Of a stretch of 64,000 nt of DNA, positions 1 through 8,853 are shown piece after piece. Origin of the DNA: Methanobacteriota archaeon (GTDB lineage Archaea > Thermoplasmatota > Poseidoniia > Poseidoniales > Poseidoniaceae); contig PSPR01000021.1 of NCBI GenBank assembly GCA_004195515.1, positions 867 to 64,866 on the forward strand. The letters run 5' to 3'. Position 1 is the stretch's first letter, and every line of letters starts with the position of its first letter. The position numbers and the translations under genes were made by a program. Under the pieces are notes generated by a model. That model saw only the letters and a program-made list of their open reading frames with translations. It made no database searches and was not told the DNA's origin.

Positions 1-620
1 CAAGCCCCTGGGCTTGCCAGCCAATCAAAATGGGTGCTGACCTAGTTATCCATTCGACCACAAAATATCTCGGCGGACATTCTGATATCGTCGGTGGAGC
101 TGTGGTAGGAAGTGCGGATTTGATAGCAAAAATGTTCATCAAAAAGGTACATTTCGGTGGCTGCCCAGATCCACACAATTGCTTCTTACTCGAGCGCGGA
201 ATGAGAACCTTGGCGGTACGAATGCCGGTCCATTGTTCCAATGCGGCTGAAATTGCAACAAGATTGGAAGCGCATCCAAAGATAGCAAGTGTGAATCATC
301 CAAGCCTCGTTAGCCACCCAGATTATGATGTCGCTCAAAGAATAATTCCAAAAGGAACCGGAATGATTGCATTTACTGTAAAGGGTGGAGATGAAGCCGC
401 GCTTAAATTCATGCGTGGCTTAGACATGATTTTTGAAGCAACTAGTCTCGGCGGAGTTGAGAGTTTGATCGAATGTCCATTCAACTCAAGCCATATGTTC
501 ATCCCAGAAGATGTTAGGATAGCAGCTGGCCTCGGACCAGGTTTGGTTCGCATCTCGGTTGGTATTGAAGACGTTGAAGACCTATGGACCGATATCTCAA
601 ACGGATTGAATTCTCTTTGA
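1..620 (+). CDS. Cys/Met-metabolism PLP-dependent enzyme (cystathionine gamma-synthase/beta-lyase / O-acylhomoserine sulfhydrylase family), C-terminal part; 5' end lies outside the window
   Basis: The reading frame of ORF 30..620 stays open back to base 3. 'GADLVIHSTTKYLGGHSD' is the PLP-lysine motif of the trans-sulfuration family, and 'RISVGIED' is the typical C-terminal motif. Confidence 0.85.
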   Translation, partial: SPWACQPIKMGADLVIHSTTKYLGGHSDIVGGAVVGSADLIAKMFIKKVHFGGCPDPHNCFLLERGMRTLAVRMPVHCSNAAEIATRLEAHPKIASVNHPSLVSHPDYDVAQRIIPKGTGMIAFTVKGGDEAALKFMRGLDMIFEATSLGGVESLIECPFNSSHMFIPEDVRIAAGLGPGLVRISVGIEDVEDLWTDISNGLNSL

Positions 621-630
621 GGGATATCTT

Positions 631-1227
631 TTGGAATTGTCAGAACTCGGTATTACAATAGGATTCATGTTCTTGATGTGTTGGTCGCCAGGGCCAAACA
701 CAATTCTTTGTGCGGCTCATGGAACAATCCATGGTTTCAAATCTACATTGAAGTTGATTTTTGGGCAAGGTGTGGGTTTCTTTTTGGTTGGCATGGCAAT
801 CGCATTGAGCATGGATATAATCGAAAATTATTCCGGAGTAATGTTTACTCTAAAATATGTAGGCGCAGCCTACATTCTCTATCTATCAGTAAAAATTGCC
901 AAGAGCCCAGTTACCAAATCAGAACAAACAAATGAAGACTTGTTAGGATTCAAAACCGGGGCAACAATGCAATTAGTGAATCCAAAATCCTTTGTATATT
1001 TCACCCTATTAATTTCAATATACTCAACCAGAGTCGGCGAGGGCGTCTCAATAAAAATCATGATAATCTGTATTTCAACAGTAATCGGCATAGCCTCGGT
1101 ACTGTTCTGGGCATATTTTGGCTCGAAAATAAAGAAACTTCTATCGGATCAAAACAAAGCAAAAAAAATGAATATTACCCTAGGGGTATTACTAGCCTTG
1201 GTCGCAGTAAATATCCTATTCCAATAA
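631..1227 (+). CDS. LysE/RhtB-family amino-acid exporter
   Basis: 198 aa with about 6 TM segments and an N-terminal 'SPGPNT' motif typical of LysE/RhtB translocators. The start codon is TTG. Confidence 0.7.
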   Translation: MELSELGITIGFMFLMCWSPGPNTILCAAHGTIHGFKSTLKLIFGQGVGFFLVGMAIALSMDIIENYSGVMFTLKYVGAAYILYLSVKIAKSPVTKSEQTNEDLLGFKTGATMQLVNPKSFVYFTLLISIYSTRVGEGVSIKIMIICISTVIGIASVLFWAYFGSKIKKLLSDQNKAKKMNITLGVLLALVAVNILFQ

Positions 1228-1240
1228 TTAATAATTAATT

Positions 1241-1357
1241 TTAATTTTGTTTATCTTCTTGGTATTCTTTCAACTTCGCTTGGTACTCTTCATCGGTTAG
1301 GCCGTGCCATCCTTTGCAAAATCCTGTTGGCGATCTGCCGCATCCACATTTGTTCAT
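1241..1357 (-). CDS. Small Cys/His-rich protein (38 aa), CDGSH-like cysteine spacing
   Basis: Hand-translated: MNKCGCGRSPTGFCKGWHGLTDEEYQAKLKEYQEDKQN. GGAGG lies 8 nt upstream of the ATG at 1357. The ORF is below the 60-aa cutoff of the ORF track. Confidence 0.45.
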   Translation of the reverse strand: MNKCGCGRSPTGFCKGWHGLTDEEYQAKLKEYQEDKQN

Positions 1358-1482
1358 AAGTTTTATTCCTCCCCATTTGGTCCTAACAACCCACCCTATT
1401 AATAAAATAAATTACAAATTAACTACTCAGTAACAATATAGTAACCACCTTATTCTTAAGAAACCTATAGCTAGAGGCAGGT

Positions 1483-2433
1483 ATGAAGCAAACCGATGTA
1501 CAAGCAGCGGCATGGACAAAAAGCTTTGAATCGGGGAAATTCGTTCGAAAATCAAGTGAATTTCGTGACCAAATTGAAACCGGTGGCACCTTTGATGTTG
1601 AAAGCGACCGCTATCATCTCTACATATCCCACGCCTGCCCGTGGGCCCATAGAACACTAATCACCAGAGCCTTATTGGGTCTTGAAGACCACATCACCGT
1701 AGATGTGGTTGATTGGCATATGAATCGCGATGGATCGTGGTCTTTTAATTCCGAAATAGAAGGGGCGACCGCCGATACCATCAACGGCCAAAACAGCCTT
1801 GAAGGAGTTTACAATCGAGCATTTGATGGCTGGAAAGAGAGCCAAAGAATCGGCACAGTCCCGGTTTTATGGGATAAGAAACATGCTACCATAGTGAATA
1901 ACGAAAGCAGTGAAATTATCAGAATGCTCGATATATTAGCCCAATCGGGTTTAGGTAATGGTACAACCTTATGCCCACCAGAACTTAAAGACGAAATCGA
2001 TGCCATGATCGCTGCTAATTATGAAAGTGTCAACAACGGCGTTTACAAATCAGGTTTCGCTCGGACCCAATCCGCATATGATGAAGCTGTGACTGGTTTG
2101 TTCAACCGACTCGATGAGCTAGAAACCCATCTCGAAGGCCGTGATTGGTTGGTTGGAGCCGAAAAAGGCCAACTTACCGAAGCGGATATTTGCTTGTTCC
2201 CAACCTTGGTGCGTTTCGATTTGGTTTATGTGGTTCACTTTAAATGTAACCTTAGACGAATTATCGATTATCCAAATCTTCAAGCCTTCATCGAACGGAT
2301 GCTCAATCAACCAGGGTTGCGCGACACCTGTCATTGGGACCATATCAAAGGGCATTACTTTTGGTCACATCAGAGCATAAACACCTATCGAATCATACCG
2401 CTTGGGCCGCTTGAAGGTGCGCATACAAAGTGA
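1483..2433 (+). CDS. Glutathionyl-hydroquinone reductase (Xi-class GST, YqjG/ECM4 family)
   Basis: 'YHLYISHACPWAHRTLI' carries the CPWA(H)R active-site motif of Xi-class GSTs, and the 316-aa length is typical. Confidence 0.8.
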   Translation: MKQTDVQAAAWTKSFESGKFVRKSSEFRDQIETGGTFDVESDRYHLYISHACPWAHRTLITRALLGLEDHITVDVVDWHMNRDGSWSFNSEIEGATADTINGQNSLEGVYNRAFDGWKESQRIGTVPVLWDKKHATIVNNESSEIIRMLDILAQSGLGNGTTLCPPELKDEIDAMIAANYESVNNGVYKSGFARTQSAYDEAVTGLFNRLDELETHLEGRDWLVGAEKGQLTEADICLFPTLVRFDLVYVVHFKCNLRRIIDYPNLQAFIERMLNQPGLRDTCHWDHIKGHYFWSHQSINTYRIIPLGPLEGAHTK

Positions 2434-2441
2434 GCCAGGTC

Positions 2442-2448
2442 TTTTTTT
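2442..2448 (+). terminator. Oligo-T (T7) run directly after the GST stop codon; candidate archaeal terminator
   Basis: The sequence is 'tgagccaggtcTTTTTTTaa'. Archaeal termination commonly uses oligo-T tracts. The run overlaps the stop codon of the convergent cyclophilin gene. Confidence 0.35.
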
Positions 2449-3106
2449 AATTTGAAACTACAGCACTGTAAAGCACGACTGGAACCACGGGCCTATCTCC
2501 ATCATCGGTTGCAACTTCAGAAATTGTAGTTACATGTTCACACCCCGAAACGATTTCACCAAAGACGGTATACTCTCCATCTAGGAATTCATGGTGTTCA
2601 ATGTCATCTGGTATGAGGAAAAATTGTGATCCAGCCGAATTCGCTTGAGCGGTTTTAGCCATCGACATAGTACAAGAAAAATGTTTCAATCCATTATCTG
2701 CTTCATCGGGGACATTCCAATTTGTCTGGTCGGGGCAATCCTCTACCGTAGCAATAGATCCATTGCAAATCCCGTACCAATCCGCCGCATATCCTCCGGT
2801 TCCATCATAATTTTCAAAATCTCCGCCTTGAATCATAAAATCATCGATGATTCGATGAAATTGAGTAATATTATAATTTCCTGCTTCAACATGCTTGTAG
2901 AGATTATCAGCGTGATTAGGAGCGGCTGTATGGTTTAATTTAATTTTTATTTCAAAGGTTGCTTCTGCCTCTTCTAGGCTTTCACCATGGTAAATATTGA
3001 ATGTTACATAACTGCCAACGCCAGATAAGTCTTCTGACGAATCAGGATTACCAACGCATCCAGATAAGAAAAAAACCATCATCATAAAAAGTGCTTTGAT
3101 TCTCAA
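2447..3106 (-). CDS. Exported cyclophilin-type peptidyl-prolyl isomerase, putative lipoprotein
   Basis: 'FHRIIDDFMIQGGDF' and 'GSQFFL' are cyclophilin motifs. The N-terminal signal peptide ends in the lipobox-like 'FFLSGC'. Confidence 0.85.
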   Translation of the reverse strand: MRIKALFMMMVFFLSGCVGNPDSSEDLSGVGSYVTFNIYHGESLEEAEATFEIKIKLNHTAAPNHADNLYKHVEAGNYNITQFHRIIDDFMIQGGDFENYDGTGGYAADWYGICNGSIATVEDCPDQTNWNVPDEADNGLKHFSCTMSMAKTAQANSAGSQFFLIPDDIEHHEFLDGEYTVFGEIVSGCEHVTTISEVATDDGDRPVVPVVLYSAVVSN

Positions 3107-3197
3107 ACCAACAACTCCTAAATAGGCCGAAGAGGTCTTCAGATATGAATTATTTTAATAATACATTATTTCAATACCAGCGCCTCATGGACATCTA

Positions 3198-4106
3198 ATG
3201 GGGACACACGAGTACCAGCAAGACCCGCGCAATGAGAATGTCTGGATATCGATAAATGGAGAATTATTTCGCCGTCCAGATGCGAAGGTGTCCGTGCTAG
3301 ACGCAGGATTCCTACTAGGGGATGGCGTGTGGGAAGCCTTTCGACTGCACGATGATGTTTTGGTGTTCTTAGATGATCATATCGATCGTCTATTTCGTGG
3401 AGCTGCTGTAATTTCACTTGAGATTCCAAATAAGCGCGCAGAAATTATTTCTGAGATTCAAAAGGCAATCAAGGCCAATGATATGCACGACCAGGTGCAC
3501 ATTCGCCTGATCATCACCCGCGGGTTGAAACCCACGCCTTATCAAGCACCTTGGGTCATTTCTAGCGACCCCACGATAGTTATCATTCCAGAACACAAAA
3601 AAGCCAATATTGAACGTAGCATCAAAGGCATATCTTTGGTTACTGTAGATATAATTCGTGGACCTCATAATGTTCAGGACCCCCGAATCAATAGTCTATC
3701 TAAACACAATTGTATTGCAGCCTGTATCGATGCAGCCAATAAGGGAGGAGAGGAAGGCTTGATGTTGGATCCAAATGGATTTGTCAGCACTTGTAACTCA
3801 ACTCATTTCTTCATGGTCAAGGATGGAGAAGTTTGGACTTCAACTGGCGAATTCTGCCTTGAAGGCATCACTCGTCAGAAGATAATAGATATCTGTAATG
3901 ACAACGGAATTCCCTGTTTCGAGAAGAATTTCACTCCAGCAGACGTGGCTGATGCAGATGAAGCCTTCGTTACTGGAACATTTGCTGGATTGACCCCTGT
4001 TATCGAATATGATGGACGGCCAATGGGAGCCGGAATAAGAGGACCAATCGTTGAGCGATTGCAAACATTATACCTAGAATTAATCAGTAGGGAATGTCAT
4101 GTCTGA
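3198..4106 (+). CDS. Class IV (fold type IV) PLP aminotransferase (branched-chain / D-amino-acid aminotransferase or ADC-lyase-like)
   Basis: 302 aa. The 'EAFRLHDDVLVFLDDHIDRLFRGA' and 'GITRQKIIDI' regions are typical of class IV aminotransferases. Confidence 0.78.
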   Translation: MGTHEYQQDPRNENVWISINGELFRRPDAKVSVLDAGFLLGDGVWEAFRLHDDVLVFLDDHIDRLFRGAAVISLEIPNKRAEIISEIQKAIKANDMHDQVHIRLIITRGLKPTPYQAPWVISSDPTIVIIPEHKKANIERSIKGISLVTVDIIRGPHNVQDPRINSLSKHNCIAACIDAANKGGEEGLMLDPNGFVSTCNSTHFFMVKDGEVWTSTGEFCLEGITRQKIIDICNDNGIPCFEKNFTPADVADADEAFVTGTFAGLTPVIEYDGRPMGAGIRGPIVERLQTLYLELISRECHV

Positions 4107-4830
4107 AACTAGAATTGCAATGTGGTCCGGGCCACGTAATATCTCGACTGCGATGATGTATTCATTTGATAATCGACAGGATTCTTATTGCAGCGATGAA
4201 CCATTATATGCCCATTATCTAGATAGAACAGGAATCACCCACCCTGGGGCGCAAAAGGTAGTTGATAGCGGTGAGACCAATTGGGAAAAGGTGGTCGATT
4301 CCCTTTGTGGAGAAATTCCGAATGGAGCTGAGATTTGGTATCAGAAACACATGACCCACCATCTCCTACCCCATATCGGTCTCGATTGGATTTCGAAACT
4401 CACCAATTGTCTTCTGATACGCGACCCTAGGGAAGTGCTACTTTCGATGTCGAAGAAGACAGACCAAATCGACGTCATGGCAACAGGCATTCCTCAGCAG
4501 AATCGTCTTTTTAACCATCTTCTTGAAACAACCGGAGAGGTGCCAACAATTGTCGACTCTAGAGACATTCTGAAGAATCCGGAGAGAATGCTTTCCAAGT
4601 TGTGTGATGTGTTGGAGATTCCATTTGACAAGTCAATGCTTTCTTGGCCGGCGGGTCCAAGAGAATGTGATGGGGTTTGGGCAGAATATTGGTATGATGC
4701 AGTATGGGAATCAACTGGTTTCGCACAATACAGGCCACGAATTGGAGAATTGAGCCCAGAATACCAGGTGTTTTATGATGAATGCCAGATTTTCTATGAT
4801 CGGTTACACTCTTATCGAATGAAATTTTAA
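4099..4830 (+). CDS. Uncharacterised P-loop/sulfotransferase-like protein
   Basis: 243 aa with an N-terminal 'WSGPRNISTAMM' degenerate P-loop. The ATG overlaps the upstream aminotransferase gene by 8 nt. The family assignment is tentative. Confidence 0.4.
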   Translation: MSETRIAMWSGPRNISTAMMYSFDNRQDSYCSDEPLYAHYLDRTGITHPGAQKVVDSGETNWEKVVDSLCGEIPNGAEIWYQKHMTHHLLPHIGLDWISKLTNCLLIRDPREVLLSMSKKTDQIDVMATGIPQQNRLFNHLLETTGEVPTIVDSRDILKNPERMLSKLCDVLEIPFDKSMLSWPAGPRECDGVWAEYWYDAVWESTGFAQYRPRIGELSPEYQVFYDECQIFYDRLHSYRMKF

Positions 4831-4929
4831 ATTCCCAATCCTTTCCACCAAATTATCCGATCATAGAGCTACAATACCTTTGATTTCTTGCCGGGTCTAA
4901 CTTTATAACAAAATATCCGCCGGTTAACT

Positions 4930-5715
4930 TTGATGTGGAAAACCCCTTTTGCGGTTTTGATTCCTGTGCTACTTCTCACAGGATGCGTCGGCATTAATGA
5001 GCCACCAGAGCCTACAATCGATACGATATTTGGCCTCGATGGGGCGGATTGGGCGAATCACTTTGAAAAAGATGAAAATAATCAAACCGAGGCCCACCTG
5101 AAACAACTCTCCATAGAATTCGACTCGAAATCATTGATTAACAAAACCATTGTTGAATATTGGTTGGACCCTGGCGATGGCAGTGAAACGATACGAATTG
5201 ACGCAACTCAGGGCAATGTGATCAATTATACCTACACTGGGTATGGCGCGTTTATGGCTCGGTTTGGAGCCGTGGATGATGCTGGAAATACAGATACAAT
5301 GCCCCGTTCTGTCTATGATTGGCCAGCGTTACTCCGACATGGAGAATATTTCCTGAATGAAACATTTGTTGACCAACCTAGCAATCTGTACATCGATTCT
5401 CCGAATCCTAACTCTGTAGGCTCCCCAGAAAGGATAAGTATTGAATCAAGAATTGCGAATCTTTGGGGTTGGCCGATAATTTCTGAATCTGTTGATATTA
5501 CTTGGCTTTTAATCGGCCCAGATGGCGAAGAAGTGGCTTCTCACACCGAGACGATTCAAGGTGGTAATGATTTCACTTGGGAATTCAACCTTGAAAATCC
5601 AGAACGAGGAAGTTGGGAGTTGATTATAGATAGTTCAGTGGATTCTAGTTTGAATCAAGAAACCTTTTTCCGCCTAGGATATGGTGGATTTGTGTACGAT
5701 ACAAGTGAATTATAA
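4930..5715 (+). CDS. Secreted lipoprotein with a PKD-like domain
   Basis: The signal peptide carries the lipobox 'LLTGC'. 'WLDPGDGSE...YTYTGYGAFMARFGAVDDAGNTD' matches the PKD-domain signature. Confidence 0.55.
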   Translation: MMWKTPFAVLIPVLLLTGCVGINEPPEPTIDTIFGLDGADWANHFEKDENNQTEAHLKQLSIEFDSKSLINKTIVEYWLDPGDGSETIRIDATQGNVINYTYTGYGAFMARFGAVDDAGNTDTMPRSVYDWPALLRHGEYFLNETFVDQPSNLYIDSPNPNSVGSPERISIESRIANLWGWPIISESVDITWLLIGPDGEEVASHTETIQGGNDFTWEFNLENPERGSWELIIDSSVDSSLNQETFFRLGYGGFVYDTSEL

Positions 5716-5744
5716 ATCCCCACTCCTTTCCACCATCGACCGCC

Positions 5745-6608
5745 TCAAGCAGTCGGAGAACCCATTTGGAATTGGGTCATCCCCAAGTCCTGATAGATTT
5801 GCGGCATTACGCCGTTTTTAGAATAGAGATAAAGAGCAGTAACCGCAACTTGCTCGGCAGCATTGGTCCAAGCGATTGCAATGGCGACTCCACATACTCC
5901 GAGTGCTAATCCGACGTACCATAGTGGACCTAATACGGACATCAACACAAACGTAAGGATTACGATCACAACGACGAAAAATCCCCCGATTAGACCAATT
6001 CCTAGGCCCGAGGTAATATTTTCTCCCCAAGATTTGTGAAACATTTGCTTACTTGATTTCAGACTTTCACCAACACTTTTGTTTTCGATAATCATGTGCG
6101 GTATCATGAAAAAGGTCATCATCCACCAAACCGCGGCTCCAATTGCGGTCAGAATCATTGCAAATATTGCAGATCCACCTTTCTGATTTCTCGCAGCCTG
6201 GTTCAAAACCTTCAGCAACAAACCGACCGTTCCGGCAATTACTCCCCAGACAATAATAATATGAATTTTGCTCATTGCTGCCGACACGCCATCCATAAAT
6301 TTGGGGTCTCCTCCTGTAAGCCTAATGTGTGAATTGGCCACTATTGCACTATTCCAAAAAGTCACGACGATCGAGAGGGTCATATATCCAACAAATACGA
6401 ATCCCATATACGCAGGCGTCATCTGTTCTTGAGAATCTATCGCCCATGATTGCTTAAGATATTGAGGTGCACTCATCCCAATCATTGCTATTAGGCTCAT
6501 AAATCCACAAATAAACATGTAAACGATTAGTTCAGGATCTTTCTTAACCACAGACATGCTCAACTTGCTCATTTTCCAGCCGCGGCCAATCGTGTCAAAA
6601 AATCCCAT
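5745..6608 (-). CDS. Multi-pass membrane protein (DUF6159-like)
   Basis: 287 aa with about 6 TM helices. The N-terminus 'MGFFDTIGRGWKMSK' resembles the DUF6159 family as I recall it. Confidence 0.55.
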   Translation of the reverse strand: MGFFDTIGRGWKMSKLSMSVVKKDPELIVYMFICGFMSLIAMIGMSAPQYLKQSWAIDSQEQMTPAYMGFVFVGYMTLSIVVTFWNSAIVANSHIRLTGGDPKFMDGVSAAMSKIHIIIVWGVIAGTVGLLLKVLNQAARNQKGGSAIFAMILTAIGAAVWWMMTFFMIPHMIIENKSVGESLKSSKQMFHKSWGENITSGLGIGLIGGFFVVVIVILTFVLMSVLGPLWYVGLALGVCGVAIAIAWTNAAEQVAVTALYLYSKNGVMPQIYQDLGMTQFQMGSPTA

Positions 6609-6681
6609 AGTTGGCCTAGGTAGAGCCGGGGTTTTTGTGACTACCGGTAAATTTCCACGCAGAAATAAATTAAGCGGTCAA

Positions 6682-7128
6682 CTAAATATTGAGGGCCTTG
6701 ATCGGATTTTCTATCCAAGAACTATCGGTTTTCCAATCTATTTCGGGACAATCGATGTACAATTCTAATTCATTACCATCCGGGTCTTTGACATAGATAC
6801 TTTTGGTAATTGTGTGGTCGGTTATTCCATCGATTTGTATCCCTGCTTTAATCAGTTGATTCTTGGCTTGAATTAATTGTTCGAGAGTATTACCGATACA
6901 CCACCCGACATGGTAGAGGCCCAGTCTTCGACCTGCTAACGGCCCTGGCGCTGGCCCAACTTCGATCAATAATAATTCGTGATGGGTTCTGCCACTTGTG
7001 AGAACAGCCGCCTTTCCATTGAAAATAGTACCATAACTTTCGAGTCCGAGAAGGTCCGAATAAAATTCAACCGACCTTCTCAAGTTTTCGACATAAAGTA
7101 CGACATGGCCGAGGTGTTCAACCTTCAT
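6682..7128 (-). CDS. VOC-family protein (glyoxalase / extradiol dioxygenase-like)
   Basis: 'LGHVVLYVENLRRSVEFYSDLLGL' and the C-terminal 'DPDGNELELY' are typical VOC motifs. Confidence 0.8.
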   Translation of the reverse strand: MKVEHLGHVVLYVENLRRSVEFYSDLLGLESYGTIFNGKAAVLTSGRTHHELLLIEVGPAPGPLAGRRLGLYHVGWCIGNTLEQLIQAKNQLIKAGIQIDGITDHTITKSIYVKDPDGNELELYIDCPEIDWKTDSSWIENPIKALNI

Positions 7129-7151
7129 GGTGATTGCAACCTTCCGGTATA

Positions 7152-8825
7152 TTAGAAGGTTTCAATTTGGCCACAGGCCACTCTTAACTTTTCTAAACAC
7201 CCTGAATAATCGTTTTCTTGGTCTTCGACCAAAGCCTTAGCATCCTTCCAAGCGATAATTGTTGCACCGCTCCAAACGCTCCCCCGGTCACGCGCATTTG
7301 GAGAAAATTGCCAATCTTGCCCCGCCGATCTACCAGCGGCAACCAACCAAGCCCAAGCGCTTGCTTCTTTGTCTATGTCTCCCTTTTTGGATAGGGCCAA
7401 TTTTTCAGCGGTCCCCATTCCATCGACCAAGGCGGTGAGAATTAAATCGTTAATATAACCAACCGCACCGGGCAATTTCCCACGCTTATATGGAAATTTA
7501 GAGGCGACAGAAGCTTTGGATCTCTTTTCGCTTAATTCACGTAGAAATTTACCGAATGGGCGCATTTTTACCAATTGAGCCGACCACAACTCTTCGGCTT
7601 CATCAGCGGCTAATCCGTATTTTTCCAATCCAGCTTGGCCGTGGTCCGACCATAATGCGGAGAGAACGTCGTTCAAGGATTTCGCAGAAATTTCTACCGC
7701 ATCCCCATCTCGCTCGTGGAGGTCTCCTCTTTGAGAAATTCTTACACCGCTTCCTTTAGCAGAGTTCAAGAGAATCAAAGCCAATTCTTTTTCAGCAGTA
7801 GAACCTTTTAGTTGAGTTATTCCTTCTTCAGCATTAGCGAACCATTTTTCAGCCACAACAAACCCCTCATCAAGATTTGCCAAAACTGCAATCTTTACTC
7901 TTTGAGCGATCGAACCTTCATTCAGGGTTAATCCGACCCACCCATCTAAAACCCGATCAATAGACTCTCTTGCTCCATCTTGTGAGCAGCCTTCAGGAAC
8001 CCATATTGCATCAGGGGTCATTATTGTAGAGAGATTTGGTGGTAGCATCGAGAGGGCTAAATCGTGAACGAATGATTTTTTCCCTTTGATGGTACTCAAG
8101 GTTTTGAAGTCGATTCCGACCTTACTACCATCGATGAAATTTAACAAGAGGTAGCCATCTGCACACATCTCATTATCCTTAACTTTGTCAAAGTCAAGGC
8201 CCTTTGTTATCCAAATATTCTCTCTTTTGGTAAAACTAAATCTCGATTTATCAAGGACTTCGTCCAACCAACCTTCAGGGATTGTTGGGATTGGGCCAGA
8301 GCAAACAAATCCGCCCCTCCAAGAGAAAAAGTGGTATCCAGCCCGGGCATGAGTTTCCCAAGGGATCATCCTTAGCGTTGGCATGTGATGATTTTGAACC
8401 CCGGCCTGATACGCAGGTTTTCCATCTCCTCGGCGAACGAATGACGCCGAACCAAAAGATTGGTGTTGATAATTTCCAACGATAGAAATTTCTGTATCAT
8501 GTGCGGCCATGAGGGCTCCGGCAAGCGCCTTGGCAATATTGTCGCCACGCTTTGCCATCATCTTTTTACCAAGCCATTTTTTGTTATGCCGATTATCGAG
8601 GACTTTTCTTAGACTTGCTAATGTTTTGGTAACAGGGTCGATTCGACCCCACTTTAATTTTCCTGTCCAAGTCATTGCCGGTAAGAGTTCTTCTCCGCGG
8701 TCCAATAAAGTATCAAGGTTTTTCCTCAACCGCTTTTGAGTGTCGAGGTTGGCCTGTTTGGTCCCCCGCATACGCATGCGCTGGCGCTTTTTCCCAGGAA
8801 ATTCTACTTGTGAAGGACCTGCCAT
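7152..8825 (-). CDS. Hypothetical 557-aa soluble protein with a strongly basic N-terminus
   Basis: A long ORF with no competing frame. I recognise no motif. The N-terminal 40 aa are Lys/Arg-rich ('GKKRQRMRMRGTKQANLDTQKRLRK'). Confidence 0.6.
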   Translation of the reverse strand: MAGPSQVEFPGKKRQRMRMRGTKQANLDTQKRLRKNLDTLLDRGEELLPAMTWTGKLKWGRIDPVTKTLASLRKVLDNRHNKKWLGKKMMAKRGDNIAKALAGALMAAHDTEISIVGNYQHQSFGSASFVRRGDGKPAYQAGVQNHHMPTLRMIPWETHARAGYHFFSWRGGFVCSGPIPTIPEGWLDEVLDKSRFSFTKRENIWITKGLDFDKVKDNEMCADGYLLLNFIDGSKVGIDFKTLSTIKGKKSFVHDLALSMLPPNLSTIMTPDAIWVPEGCSQDGARESIDRVLDGWVGLTLNEGSIAQRVKIAVLANLDEGFVVAEKWFANAEEGITQLKGSTAEKELALILLNSAKGSGVRISQRGDLHERDGDAVEISAKSLNDVLSALWSDHGQAGLEKYGLAADEAEELWSAQLVKMRPFGKFLRELSEKRSKASVASKFPYKRGKLPGAVGYINDLILTALVDGMGTAEKLALSKKGDIDKEASAWAWLVAAGRSAGQDWQFSPNARDRGSVWSGATIIAWKDAKALVEDQENDYSGCLEKLRVACGQIETF

Positions 8826-8853
8826 GTAAGTTGGCCGACAAGCCCCCCCCTGT

